A stretch of 64,000 bases of DNA from NCBI GenBank assembly GCA_963770935.1, contig CAVYRJ010000001.1, positions 96,001 to 160,000 on the forward strand, given 5' to 3'. Shown piece by piece: positions 52,601 to 62,218 of this stretch (its first letter is position 1; the number at the start of each line of letters is the position of its first letter). The translations under genes and the position numbers were made by a program. Origin of the DNA: Candidatus Bathyarchaeota archaeon. GTDB taxonomy: Archaea; Thermoproteota; Bathyarchaeia; Bathyarchaeales; Bathycorpusculaceae. Under the pieces are notes generated by a model. That model worked only from the letters and a program-made list of their open reading frames with translations. It was not told the DNA's origin and made no database searches.

Positions 52601-54109
52601 TTATTTGTATTTTGTGGCATAGACTGCAGCAGCCAGGATAAAGCCATTGGTAAGGCTACCAGTTATAGATAGTGCGCGTCCCCTTTCATCGATACCTTCG
52701 CCGTAGCCACGTTCAGGGTATGGGAGAGCCTGTTCTAAATACGTGCACATGTTAATAGCAAATGTGGTGTTGCGCAATGCCATTAAGCCGTAGGCAATCT
52801 TTGTATAAATAATTGGGGTTGTGGTGACATTTTGATAAAATGTATTCAGGGTAATCCATGTTCGTCCATCGGAGAATACCACCCATTCCCATTGCCAATC
52901 TGTATCAAGTTCAGGACCTTCACCAAAAGCTCTGAAATTACCAGTAGTATTATAATAGGCTTCATGAGCTAGAAACACCTGATTTGCTAAAGCCATTAAC
53001 CGTGAATCATTGTTATTAAGATCAAAAAGCGAGCCAAGCAACGGGTCACCAGTTAGCGAGGAAAGGGGCAAAGATACACCGTAAGTTGTAACGTTTGCAG
53101 ATGAAAGTATATTGTTCAAAACCATTCTGGGATAACCACCCAATTCATTTGGCCAAAAAAATGCAAACCCACTGGCAACATAGTATGTATAGATGCTATT
53201 CGAAGTTAAGCAGTCGTCTTTTACATAAGGCACTAATACAGAATAGTTTGATCGGCCGTTGAAAACGAAATTATTTACTCGCGCTGCCAGGTTGGGAGCA
53301 TAAACTCTGAGGTTGTTAAGCGCAACAAATAATCGACCAGTATCAACACTATCAACGGGTACCGTGGCTTTATCCGAGTTTTGACGCCAGTTTTTACCGT
53401 CCGTTGCTTGGTAGAACCAGTATGGATAGTTAGTTGTAGAATTGATTTCCCGATTTTCCAAAAATGATAAAACCTTATCCATCCGGTCATTAAACCCCCA
53501 ACTGCCATTGATGGCAACCAAACCTAACTTTGCCGCATCTACCACAGCTTGAATATAAACACCTACATCCCAATCCGTAATGTATGGGGAACTTTCAGTC
53601 GTCCAAGGAATTCCTGTATTGACGTCTACACCCACACCTGGCTTATAATAATTCCAAGCATTTGATGCGATAGCCAACCAAATAGTGCTGTTAACTTCTT
53701 GAGCGTTTTTTAAGGGACCTGGCGGTGTAGGAGTAGGTGAAGGTTGCATAATCTCTGTTATGCCAATAATTATGTTAGTAAATTGACTAAGTGTATTTGT
53801 TGGACTGTTTGTAGGTTTAGGTGTCTGATTAACCGTCTGATTATGGTGATTAGTTGGCGTTGAAGTAGGATCGTCAGTGGGTTGTGGAGCTGCCGATAAT
53901 GTTTGGTCTCCTTTCGGCAAGAAAGCAAAAATCGAAACCAAAACAAAACAAATAATTACGGCTGTCCCTACGATTTTCACCTTCTTATTAAGTCGCAAGG
54001 GGTGATTAAAACGGATTTTTCTACCATCAGGTATCACGGATGCATTTCGCAAAATGGAATTCAACACATTAGAGAACTGAGTTTTTTTACATGCTGAAAT
54101 TTGCCGCAT
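52601..54109 (-). CDS. DUF3131-like (glucanase/glucoamylase-fold) membrane-anchored protein
   Basis: N-terminal TM, Pro/Thr linker, A..AW.Y, TDWDVGVY..A, D..DTGRL..AL, GYGEGI and TNG.IL.A. Confidence 0.65.
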   Translation of the reverse strand: MRQISACKKTQFSNVLNSILRNASVIPDGRKIRFNHPLRLNKKVKIVGTAVIICFVLVSIFAFLPKGDQTLSAAPQPTDDPTSTPTNHHNQTVNQTPKPTNSPTNTLSQFTNIIIGITEIMQPSPTPTPPGPLKNAQEVNSTIWLAIASNAWNYYKPGVGVDVNTGIPWTTESSPYITDWDVGVYIQAVVDAAKLGLVAINGSWGFNDRMDKVLSFLENREINSTTNYPYWFYQATDGKNWRQNSDKATVPVDSVDTGRLFVALNNLRVYAPNLAARVNNFVFNGRSNYSVLVPYVKDDCLTSNSIYTYYVASGFAFFWPNELGGYPRMVLNNILSSANVTTYGVSLPLSSLTGDPLLGSLFDLNNNDSRLMALANQVFLAHEAYYNTTGNFRAFGEGPELDTDWQWEWVVFSDGRTWITLNTFYQNVTTTPIIYTKIAYGLMALRNTTFAINMCTYLEQALPYPERGYGEGIDERGRALSITGSLTNGFILAAAVYATKYK

Positions 54110-54277
54110 CCCAATCCCCCATTCTTGAACTTTGATTTTTAATTTTTGGATCTATTTGTATTTTAACAACGGCTGATTGATTTAAAGCTATGGTGAAAAA
54201 TGCATTCTTACTTTCTGCAGAACGATGATCTATTCAGAAAATTAGAAACCTGAAGCGTCATGTTAAACTTACTTTTT

Positions 54278-55414
54278 TTATTGAGCATTCATTAGGTTAT
54301 GAATGTGTGTCCAAATTGTATTTTGAAAAGTCTGAGGAGTCAAAACAAAGATTTTGCGCAATAGCTCTTGCCGTATCTCTCCCCACTTTATATCAGCCAT
54401 CGCTTCCATTTCCTTAACGACCTTAGTTTTCAAATCCTTATAATTCTCCCAACGGAACTCGTCAGGAATAAACTCCACCATTCCGCCGCTGTTATGGACT
54501 AACGTGATGCATCCACTGGCTATCCCTTCAATTGGGGCAATACCGAAATGTTCCCCTTCCATCAGATGAACATAGATACGTGAGTTCTGCAAGATACCTA
54601 AAAGTTCAGGTCCAGGTAAATTAGCTTTTGTTATATAGTTTTGGGGCAGGTCTTGGATGAAATGGTTAAACCAGCCTTTGTCTGCGTCGATTAAGCCGCC
54701 AATACTAACAAACTCGTATGAGGGCAAATCTTTAGCTAGCTGTTTCAAAATTGCGTGTCTTTTAACTGGTATAAATCGGGCGACGTAGACAACCCTTTTT
54801 CGCCTTTCTGATAAAGGCTTGTCACACAAGAACTTTTGCACATTCACAGCGGGGTACACAACAATCGGCATTTGTACATGGTATCTTTTCCAATACCGTT
54901 CTATGGCTTGTTTTGTGTAGTTGCTGTTGCAGAAGACCATGTCCAACTTGTCTATGCCTTGTTCAACCCATCGTTTAAACAGCCAAAGGTAAATTTTCCT
55001 CTTCAGATGCGAGCGAGCATAATCGAAATGGATTTCTGGGAAGTGAACGTAGGCAATGTTCTTCTTGGCTTTGTTAAGAAAAACGGGTTCAAATGGAGAG
55101 GAGGACTGGGTTGAGAACAAGTAATCGTATTCTAAGGTTTCACGGTATTTTTTTAGCAGTTTCACGAATGCGCGGTGTCTTTTGTAGATGGTGAAGGGCG
55201 GCTTGACCTCTATCCGTTTCCCCAGCGAATGAATTGCTACTTCTCTTGGGAAATCTTCCCCCACAATATCTCGGTATCTGCCTGCATCAAAATTAAAAGT
55301 CAACAACTCCACCTTTTGCCCATGAGCGACCAAAGTTCTAATTACATTGTGGCAGACGCGTTCGCCGCCACCGTAAATATCAAGGTATGGGTGAACTACC
55401 AGAAAAGTTGCCAA
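54278..55414 (-). CDS. GT4 glycosyltransferase, ALG11-like motifs (paralog of 46984-48141)
   Basis: HPYLDIYGGGERV, YVHFP, EHFGIAPIEG and HNSGG. Confidence 0.85.
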   Translation of the reverse strand: MATFLVVHPYLDIYGGGERVCHNVIRTLVAHGQKVELLTFNFDAGRYRDIVGEDFPREVAIHSLGKRIEVKPPFTIYKRHRAFVKLLKKYRETLEYDYLFSTQSSSPFEPVFLNKAKKNIAYVHFPEIHFDYARSHLKRKIYLWLFKRWVEQGIDKLDMVFCNSNYTKQAIERYWKRYHVQMPIVVYPAVNVQKFLCDKPLSERRKRVVYVARFIPVKRHAILKQLAKDLPSYEFVSIGGLIDADKGWFNHFIQDLPQNYITKANLPGPELLGILQNSRIYVHLMEGEHFGIAPIEGIASGCITLVHNSGGMVEFIPDEFRWENYKDLKTKVVKEMEAMADIKWGEIRQELLRKIFVLTPQTFQNTIWTHIHNLMNAQ

Positions 55415-55568
55415 CTCAATCTTTCCTCAGGTCAGTGTTGCGTAACATTCTACTTTGTGGGAGTTTATGAAGTTACCTGCAACGCTATCATAAATGCCTA
55501 ACGTAGCAAAAATATATACGGCTGATTGGAAAGTGAGTAGTGGATAGCGGTTTCGGTGACACAACGAT

Positions 55569-56963
55569 ATGACACCCATAGAAAAAAAGTTCAAAGTCGT
55601 TTTGGCTGACCCGCCTTTTGGTCGTGAATGTAAAGGGGAAGCCGTGACTGAGTCACCAAACCTTGGAATCCTCTACATCATAGGCTACGCAAGAGAACGT
55701 TTGCCGCAAGTGGAGTTCCATTATTTAGAACCCTTCATCTCCATGCAGGAACACCTCCAGAAAGTGAAGGAAATCAAGCCCGACGTTTACGCCTTGTCTT
55801 TCACCACACCCAGAAGAGACCTCTCCTTTGAAACAATAGTTCAAGGTAAAAGAGTTGGGTTTGAATATGCTTATGGCTGCGGGTGGTGCCCATCCAACTA
55901 TAGACCCTCAAGACGTCCTAAAGAACACCCCTATTGATGTATGCATCATCGGTGAGGGTGAAGAAACTACAACTGAATTAATCAGACAAGTCCAAGGCAA
56001 TAAATCCATCGCAGATGTTGTTGGAACAGTCAATAGGCAAAAAAACAACGGCATAAGACCACTATTAAAAGACATCGATTTCTTCCCAGCATGGGACATA
56101 ATAGACTTTGAAAACTATGACGTTGCGGTGAGTAGAAAGAAGCGTATGGCATATCTGCTTCCAATCCGCGGGTGCCCCAATTACTGCACTTACTGCTCAA
56201 ACCCTGTTTGGAAACTTGAAAAACCTTGGATACGTCAGCGTTCACCCAAGAACATAGCAGAAGAAATCCGCTACCTCTATGACAGAGGCATTAGAGAAAT
56301 CTATCTCCGCTCCGACACATTTAATGTCGATGTTAAGTGGTGTCTTGAAGTTTGCAATGAAATTGAAAAATTACACCTTAAAGGTATGACGTTTCAGTGT
56401 AATCTGCGGGCAGACAAATTAACCGATGAATTAGCCCAAAGATTTCATGACATGCACGTTTGGCTCGTCCACATCGGACTTGAATCCGCCAATGATCGTG
56501 TGCTCAGAGGAATAGGCAAAAACGCGACCCAAGCCGACAACGTCCGCACACTTGAGCTACTTAAAGAAGCACCACATCAAAGTCTACGGGTTCCTAATGC
56601 TCTACAACGCATGGGAAACAAAAGGCAAACTTGAATACGAAACTCCTGAAGAAGTAAACAACACTTTAGAGTTTGCAAAGACCTGTCTAAGAGACAACCT
56701 GATTGAATATATTTCGTGGTCCATTACTAACCCAATAATTGGCTCAAAACTCTTTGACATAGCTAAAAAGTTTGATATTGCGAGCCTACAACGTTAAAAT
56801 CGGCAATTGTATGCGTCTGCCAGGCATCAGCGAGCAACAAATGGTTGAGCATGTGAAACAAGGAATGATTCTGCAGCTCCTCAACGGCATCCAGAAGGGT
56901 ATGATAACCAAAAAAAGCTACAAGCGAGCTGCCCAGAAAGCGGTTAAAATCTTGAATATGTAA
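55569..56963 (+). CDS. B12-binding radical SAM protein (three frameshifts)
   Basis: SPNLGILYI, GGAHPT, GEGE, RGCPNYCTYC and GLESA across ORFs 55569, 55855, 56552 and 56772. Confidence 0.8.
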
Positions 56964-57036
56964 TTTTTTTATATACCCAGAATCGCGTTTGTCTGTTGCG
57001 ATAAACTATTTAACTTAAGCAAGAACATTATGCCAT

Positions 57037-57769
57037 ATGCCATCTTGCTCCGACGAAAATATCAAAGTCGATTTTGTGGTACCCTCAAGAGACGAGGCTA
57101 ATCCAACACTGATTCGGCAACTTAAGCAATATGCCATGCGCGGGGGAAATCTTCAATACTCATGAGAAACCGCTTAGCATAGCACGAAAAAACGGGGTTT
57201 TACTAGGCTAAACACTGAGTGGGTGGCGATGGTTGATGACGACATGCTTTTGCCTGATAATTGGCTGCAACTGGTTACCAAAGCAATGAACCTAAAGTGG
57301 GCGCAATTGGAACTGTGGCAGTTCACAAGAACAGACATGTAGCAGCATACGAACGTGTCGTCGGCTCGGTATATAATTTAAGCAAGTTAGATACGAACCC
57401 ACACATCAACAACATAATTGTACGTCGCAAACTTATGGAAAACTACAACCCGCCAAAGCTGTTCTTCGGAGAAGACCAATACTTCAAACGTTACGTACAA
57501 AAAACAGGCTATAAATGGAAAGTTTTACCATTTCTTAGGTGCAACACACTTAGGAACCTCAAAAAACTACGTCACCATCGGCATGTCTTATAGGCGTTAT
57601 GGACATTTTGGACTTATACAAGTTGGCACGCCGCATGCTTGCAAGGTTTATTTTTACGCCGTTTGCAGCAATGAGCAATTTGAGTGTAAAAACATTTTTG
57701 TATCTAACAAAATTAAACGTTGAATTCATTGCAGGTTTTGCAAAAGAACTGGTTGTAGAAAAACTCTGA
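57037..57769 (+). CDS. Glycosyltransferase family 2 (multiply frameshifted; possible pseudogene)
   Basis: VDFVVPSR, EWVAMVDDD and GED motifs in different frames. Confidence 0.6.
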
Positions 57770-57876
57770 TAAATGATCTTGGCTATCTTATATCATATAA
57801 AATAGAAGGAATTAGATCGCAAGACCATTCAGTTTTCAGAAGGTTAACTGCATTAACATGCGAATTCTGTCTAATA

Positions 57877-58742
57877 TTACGTTTTTTGGTCCTGCAAGCT
57901 GTTTCTCCAGTGCAATTGCCCTCACTCGCAACCTTTTCTGCTTCGGCTTTAACAGTTGCATTCTTTGATTTCTTCTTTACGTTTTTCGTTCGATTTCAAG
58001 ATTAATCTTAGCAAATCTGAGTCGTAGCTTTTCAGCAGTAGTTCCGTGTTCGGAATGAGGCAGTGTCCGCCGATAACTCCCGGAAACATAACTGGCCTGT
58101 CAAAACGCTCTTTATGTGTGTCCTCGATGAAGTCGACTGTTTCGTCGAAGTCTGCGTCGAAAGCCCGTGAGATTCGATGCATTTCCTGGAAACATGTAAT
58201 CATCCAAGCACGGTAGGTTGTTTCAAAGAGCTTAGCAAGTTCAGTTTCGACGGCAGCTTTTGAGAGATCTTAACTTTTAAGACCATAGCTTTTCAAAATG
58301 GTCCTTAGCTGCGTTGGATGCTGCTGTGTCTGCACCGCCAACGTACTTGGTCCAGCGCTTCATCTCCCAAATCATGTGTTCAGCGTTTATGTGGACGCCT
58401 CGCGCGGGGGAATGGGCAACAAGACAGCTGCAGTTTGCCGCGACTTTAAGCGTGGTTCCTGGTGGAACAGTGCTGTTGATGATGGCGAGTTTGGGCTTGT
58501 ATTGTTCCACATAGCCCTTAATTATGTCGACGAATTTTTCAGGGCTGCCGCATGGAAGACAAACCTGTAGGGTATCAACTTTGGCTGGAACCTGATCCTT
58601 GCTTTGGTCAAGCGACTCCATTTTCTTTTGGTCTAAGTCTAAACCATAAACGGTAAATTTCATCTTTAGCTTCACTGTACAAAGCGAAAAGAGTGTGTCC
58701 AATTTCGCCTAAACCAATAATTAGAACGATTTCCTTAGCCAA
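57877..58742 (-). CDS. Short UDP/GDP-sugar dehydrogenase family protein (frameshifted; end approximate)
   Basis: IIGLGEIG Rossmann motif from TTG 58742; STVPPGT, ETELAKLFETTYRA and GVIGGHCL. Confidence 0.75.
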
Positions 58743-58775
58743 ACCTCTGCCTCCATCAATGGAGAAGTCAAGTTA

Positions 58776-59321
58776 ATGTCAAACTATTTAAAGTTGGAGC
58801 CCGAAAAGAAATGCATGCAGAATCCAAAGAAAGGCACCGGCATAGTCACAGGCGCCAATGTCGAAATAGGCAAAGACGTCTCCATCTGGAACTACGTCGT
58901 CATCGGTGACGGCACAAAAATCGGCGACGGCACACTCATCGGCAGCTTTGTTGACTTAGGCAAAAACGTTACATTAGGCAAAAACTGCAACATCCAAGCA
59001 CACGTAACCATCTCAAACGGCTGCGTCCTTGGCGACAACGTCTTTATCGCCCCAAACAGCAGCCTACTAAACGACAAGTACCCAAAAAGTAGCTTCATGA
59101 CTCCGCCAATCATAAAAGACAACGCAGCAATCGGTGGAGGAGTCACCATTCTGCCAGGAGTGACTGTTGGCGAAAAAGCGGTGGTTGGTGGAGGAAGCGT
59201 GGTTGCTAAAAATGTAGCACCAAGAATGGTAGTTGCTGGGTGCCCAGCCAAAGTAGTTATGACTCTTGAGCAGTTTGAAGCTAAACGTGAAGCTTTCCTT
59301 ACCCAGCATAAGGTGAAGTGA
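58776..59321 (+). CDS. Hexapeptide-repeat N-acetyltransferase (WbpD-like)
   Basis: Left-handed beta-helix repeats; VFIAP...NDKYP and VAGCPAK. The start may be the ATG at 58815. Confidence 0.85.
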   Translation: MSNYLKLEPEKKCMQNPKKGTGIVTGANVEIGKDVSIWNYVVIGDGTKIGDGTLIGSFVDLGKNVTLGKNCNIQAHVTISNGCVLGDNVFIAPNSSLLNDKYPKSSFMTPPIIKDNAAIGGGVTILPGVTVGEKAVVGGGSVVAKNVAPRMVVAGCPAKVVMTLEQFEAKREAFLTQHKVK

Positions 59322-60304
59322 TGAGGATTTGGTATGATGCATGCACGGGCAAACAAGCCCGCTACGCAACTGCAATAGCCCAGCGCCTAAGAAAATCTGG
59401 GCACGAATTTGTTTTCACAACACGGGAACACCCTGATACTATACCGCTCGCACGAATTTTAGGCGAAAACCCCATTGTTGTTGGCAAATATAACCCATCC
59501 ACGCTTACTTCAAGGCTTGAAGAAAGCGCAGAACGCATTCTAGAATTCGCAAAACTTTTCAGAGAAAAATTGCCAGACATCGCCATTGCACACCAATCAG
59601 TTGAGCTTTGCCGTACAGCTTTCGGTTTGGGAATTCCGATAATTTTGACTGCTGATACACCTTACGCTTATGCTGTAAACAGATTAACCATACCCTTCGC
59701 ACACACCATAGTGGTTTCGGAGGCATTACCGAAGAGTTTCACAAGAAATTACTGCGCCAAAAACGTTGTACCTTTCAAGGGTGTAGACGAGGTTGCGTGG
59801 ATTAAAGATTTCAAGCCAACAAAAATCGTTGGTCTAAAGAAACCCCTAATTGTTGTGAGACAGATAGAATCTAAAGCAGCATACGCCCAAGGCAAAAGAG
59901 ACCTCGCAAAAATCATTGCCGAGAAACTTGGAAAAATAGGAAACGTACATCTTATTCAACGATACAATGAAGAAGGCAAAGCGTTTGGTGTAAAGGAAGG
60001 GTTTGTGGATTCAGCAAACCTAGTTGCAAACGCAGAGTTAGTGGTAAGTTATGGAGGCACGATTGCCCGTGAAGCTGCATTGCAGGGTGTTCCAAGCATC
60101 GCAATATCTGACATGGCAAAAACCTATGTGAACAGATATATAGCGCAGAAAGGTTTTCCACTGTTTATCACAACCGAACAGGGAATCCTTGGGTACGCCA
60201 AGAAGTACCTAGGCAAACGGTTTGATGTGAAAGATAAACTCGCTGAATTAGAAAACCCTGTTAGTGTCATCGAGAGAGTTGTAGAAAACTTAAAGCTTAA
60301 ATGA
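59318..60304 (+). CDS. DUF354 family protein (GT-B-like)
   Basis: MRIWYD, SVELCRTAFGLGIP and GGTIAREAALQGVPSI. Confidence 0.85.
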   Translation: MMRIWYDACTGKQARYATAIAQRLRKSGHEFVFTTREHPDTIPLARILGENPIVVGKYNPSTLTSRLEESAERILEFAKLFREKLPDIAIAHQSVELCRTAFGLGIPIILTADTPYAYAVNRLTIPFAHTIVVSEALPKSFTRNYCAKNVVPFKGVDEVAWIKDFKPTKIVGLKKPLIVVRQIESKAAYAQGKRDLAKIIAEKLGKIGNVHLIQRYNEEGKAFGVKEGFVDSANLVANAELVVSYGGTIAREAALQGVPSIAISDMAKTYVNRYIAQKGFPLFITTEQGILGYAKKYLGKRFDVKDKLAELENPVSVIERVVENLKLK

Positions 60305-60306
60305 AG

Positions 60307-61080
60307 TTAAGCGGGTGTTACTTGTATTTTGTCTCCTGCAGTCACATGGAACTTTTCGGCTACATTATCTTGATTTAAGGCTATTTCCAAAAAACCGTGG
60401 CTCCCAAAGAGCGCAATAGGTTCTTGAAATTTGGCTTCCGAATAAGTTTTCTTTAAAGCTAATGCAAGCGAAAAGTTTGGGAATTTTACCTTAACTGATT
60501 TAGCGTCTGCGACTTCTTTTTGGGTTATATTTGTGATAATGTTGCCGAAGCCGTCTATATACAATACCTCCCCGGTAAAGGAGCCATTTATCTTCTCCAC
60601 TTTGACAAATTCGGGGTTGATGGCATCGCTTATTTCTGGACCAAACTCCGAAGGCTTCGTACCCATATCCAAGTATGTTGCTGCAGGTGCAAAAACATCT
60701 CTACCATGGAATGTACTGGAGATTTTAGGCAACATGAACTTGGGATTATTAAGCTCGAATGTGTGTTCACTTCCCAGTTTTTGGGCAGCTAACATCAAAA
60801 CGCCATTATCTGGTCCCACAAAAAAACCCTGCTTACTCTCCACAAGAATCGATCGTCTATTAGTGCCGACGCCTGGGTCCACCACAACTATATGCACGGT
60901 GCCTTTGGGAAAGTAAGGCACAACGGAAGCCAATATGAATGCACCCGTACGGATATCAAATTTTTCTATGCCATGCGTTATGTCAACTATAGTAGTTTTT
61001 GAGTTGATGCTGAGGATAACGCCTTTCATCTCTGCAACATATGGGTCTTTTAGGCCAAAATCACTGGTCAAAGTAATCAT
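60307..61080 (-). CDS. SAM hydroxide adenosyltransferase / DUF62 family
   Basis: ITLTSDFG, VVDPGVGT.R, GPDNG, STFHGRDVFAP and IDGFGNI. Confidence 0.92.
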   Translation of the reverse strand: MITLTSDFGLKDPYVAEMKGVILSINSKTTIVDITHGIEKFDIRTGAFILASVVPYFPKGTVHIVVVDPGVGTNRRSILVESKQGFFVGPDNGVLMLAAQKLGSEHTFELNNPKFMLPKISSTFHGRDVFAPAATYLDMGTKPSEFGPEISDAINPEFVKVEKINGSFTGEVLYIDGFGNIITNITQKEVADAKSVKVKFPNFSLALALKKTYSEAKFQEPIALFGSHGFLEIALNQDNVAEKFHVTAGDKIQVTPA

Positions 61081-61083
61081 AAG

Positions 61084-61368
61084 TTATCCACCGTGAACTA
61101 CTGGGACAAAAACGATTTCGTCTCCATCGCTTAATTTAGTTTCAAATCCTTTTAGCACACTGATTTCTCTGCCGTTAACAAGTATCAGCGAATTTGACCT
61201 TGAATCGTTAAGTTCTTGGTCGCTAAAAGTGTGTTTTAACTCTGGCATTTCTTGACAGATTTTACCAACCAAATCTTTTATGGAAATGCCATCTTGAAAG
61301 GTGACGACGAATTGGGTTTTTCCTGAAAGGTGGCGTAGCGCACCGATGAATTTGACTGTTAAAGGCAC
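61084..61368 (-). CDS. MoaD/ThiS/SAMP ubiquitin-like protein
   Basis: ILVNG..I...L.DGD...PVVHGG with C-terminal Gly-Gly. Confidence 0.9.
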   Translation of the reverse strand: MPLTVKFIGALRHLSGKTQFVVTFQDGISIKDLVGKICQEMPELKHTFSDQELNDSRSNSLILVNGREISVLKGFETKLSDGDEIVFVPVVHGG

Positions 61369-61415
61369 CTGTTCTCACTTACGTTCTATAGAACAATTAA
61401 GGTTATTAAAAAATT

Positions 61416-61820
61416 TTAACTGAAGCTTTCAAGTTTTTCCTGCGTTAGAGTTTCGACAATGTCGGTTGCGATGTCAACGATTGAATTTGCCTGTTTCATC
61501 ATTGCGTCGCCATTAACTTCTTCTAACTGAGATATTTGTTGTACGATGGTTTCGATTTCGATTAGAAAACGCAGAACAGAGTCGTTGGTGACTGGGTTTT
61601 TGGTTACTTCTTCACGGATAAGTATTTCTATAAAAGCAGGTTCACCAAGGCTGTAGTAAATAGCGTTTCGGGCTTTCCTGATTGCTTCTACAACTAAACC
61701 TGGTGCCATATAAGGAATTTTTCGTGCTGCTTCCAATTCAGCTTTTGCTTCACGAAGGTACCGGAGCGCCCAACCTTTCCTATAATCATCCATCATGAAG
61801 CTTTTCTTTCCAAAAGTCAT
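61416..61820 (-). CDS. Hypothetical protein, HEPN-like helical fold
   Basis: RYLREAKAELEAA...A.RKA..AIY pattern. The start may be MMDDY (61796). Confidence 0.6.
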   Translation of the reverse strand: MTFGKKSFMMDDYRKGWALRYLREAKAELEAARKIPYMAPGLVVEAIRKARNAIYYSLGEPAFIEILIREEVTKNPVTNDSVLRFLIEIETIVQQISQLEEVNGDAMMKQANSIVDIATDIVETLTQEKLESFS

Positions 61821-62056
61821 TCTGCGATTTCTTCTTGATCGTCCATTTCAGATTCAGTTGCTGAGTTGGCTTGAGCTAATGCGAGTGTGCGTGTTATGTA
61901 TCCTGCAGTTTGGTTTCTAACCCTGGTCGTTGAACCTTTGGTCAACTCATCAACTGCACCTTTATTATCATCAAAGCTAGTGTTGAATTTGCTTGGAAAC
62001 CTAGCCATTAGTTCTTTGCCCAGCTTTTTGATCTGATCAGTCTTTACTTTTCCCAG
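61817..62056 (-). CDS. rps17e: 30S ribosomal protein S17e (CTG start)
   Basis: GKVKTDQIKKLGKEL...F..SFDDNK...RVRNQTAGYIT; GGAGG RBS 8 nt before the CTG at 62056. Confidence 0.9.
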   Translation of the reverse strand: MGKVKTDQIKKLGKELMARFPSKFNTSFDDNKGAVDELTKGSTTRVRNQTAGYITRTLALAQANSATESEMDDQEEIAE

Positions 62057-62218
62057 ATAGTATTCCTCCGAATTTAACGATTTTAGTTTTCTCCGACGTT
62101 TAAAAGCGTAAGAGCAACTCTCAATAGATGATAGGCTTAATTTAAGTTTACGGCTTAAAGCAGCGAATTAGGCAACCGATAAGTTCTGAGATGAAGTTTG
62201 AAGAAAAAAACGAACTAA

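Noticed and set aside
60307-61080. Fluorinase/chlorinase activity
   Set aside because: The STFHGRD motif retains the Arg and His typical of DUF62 SAM hydrolases rather than halogenases.
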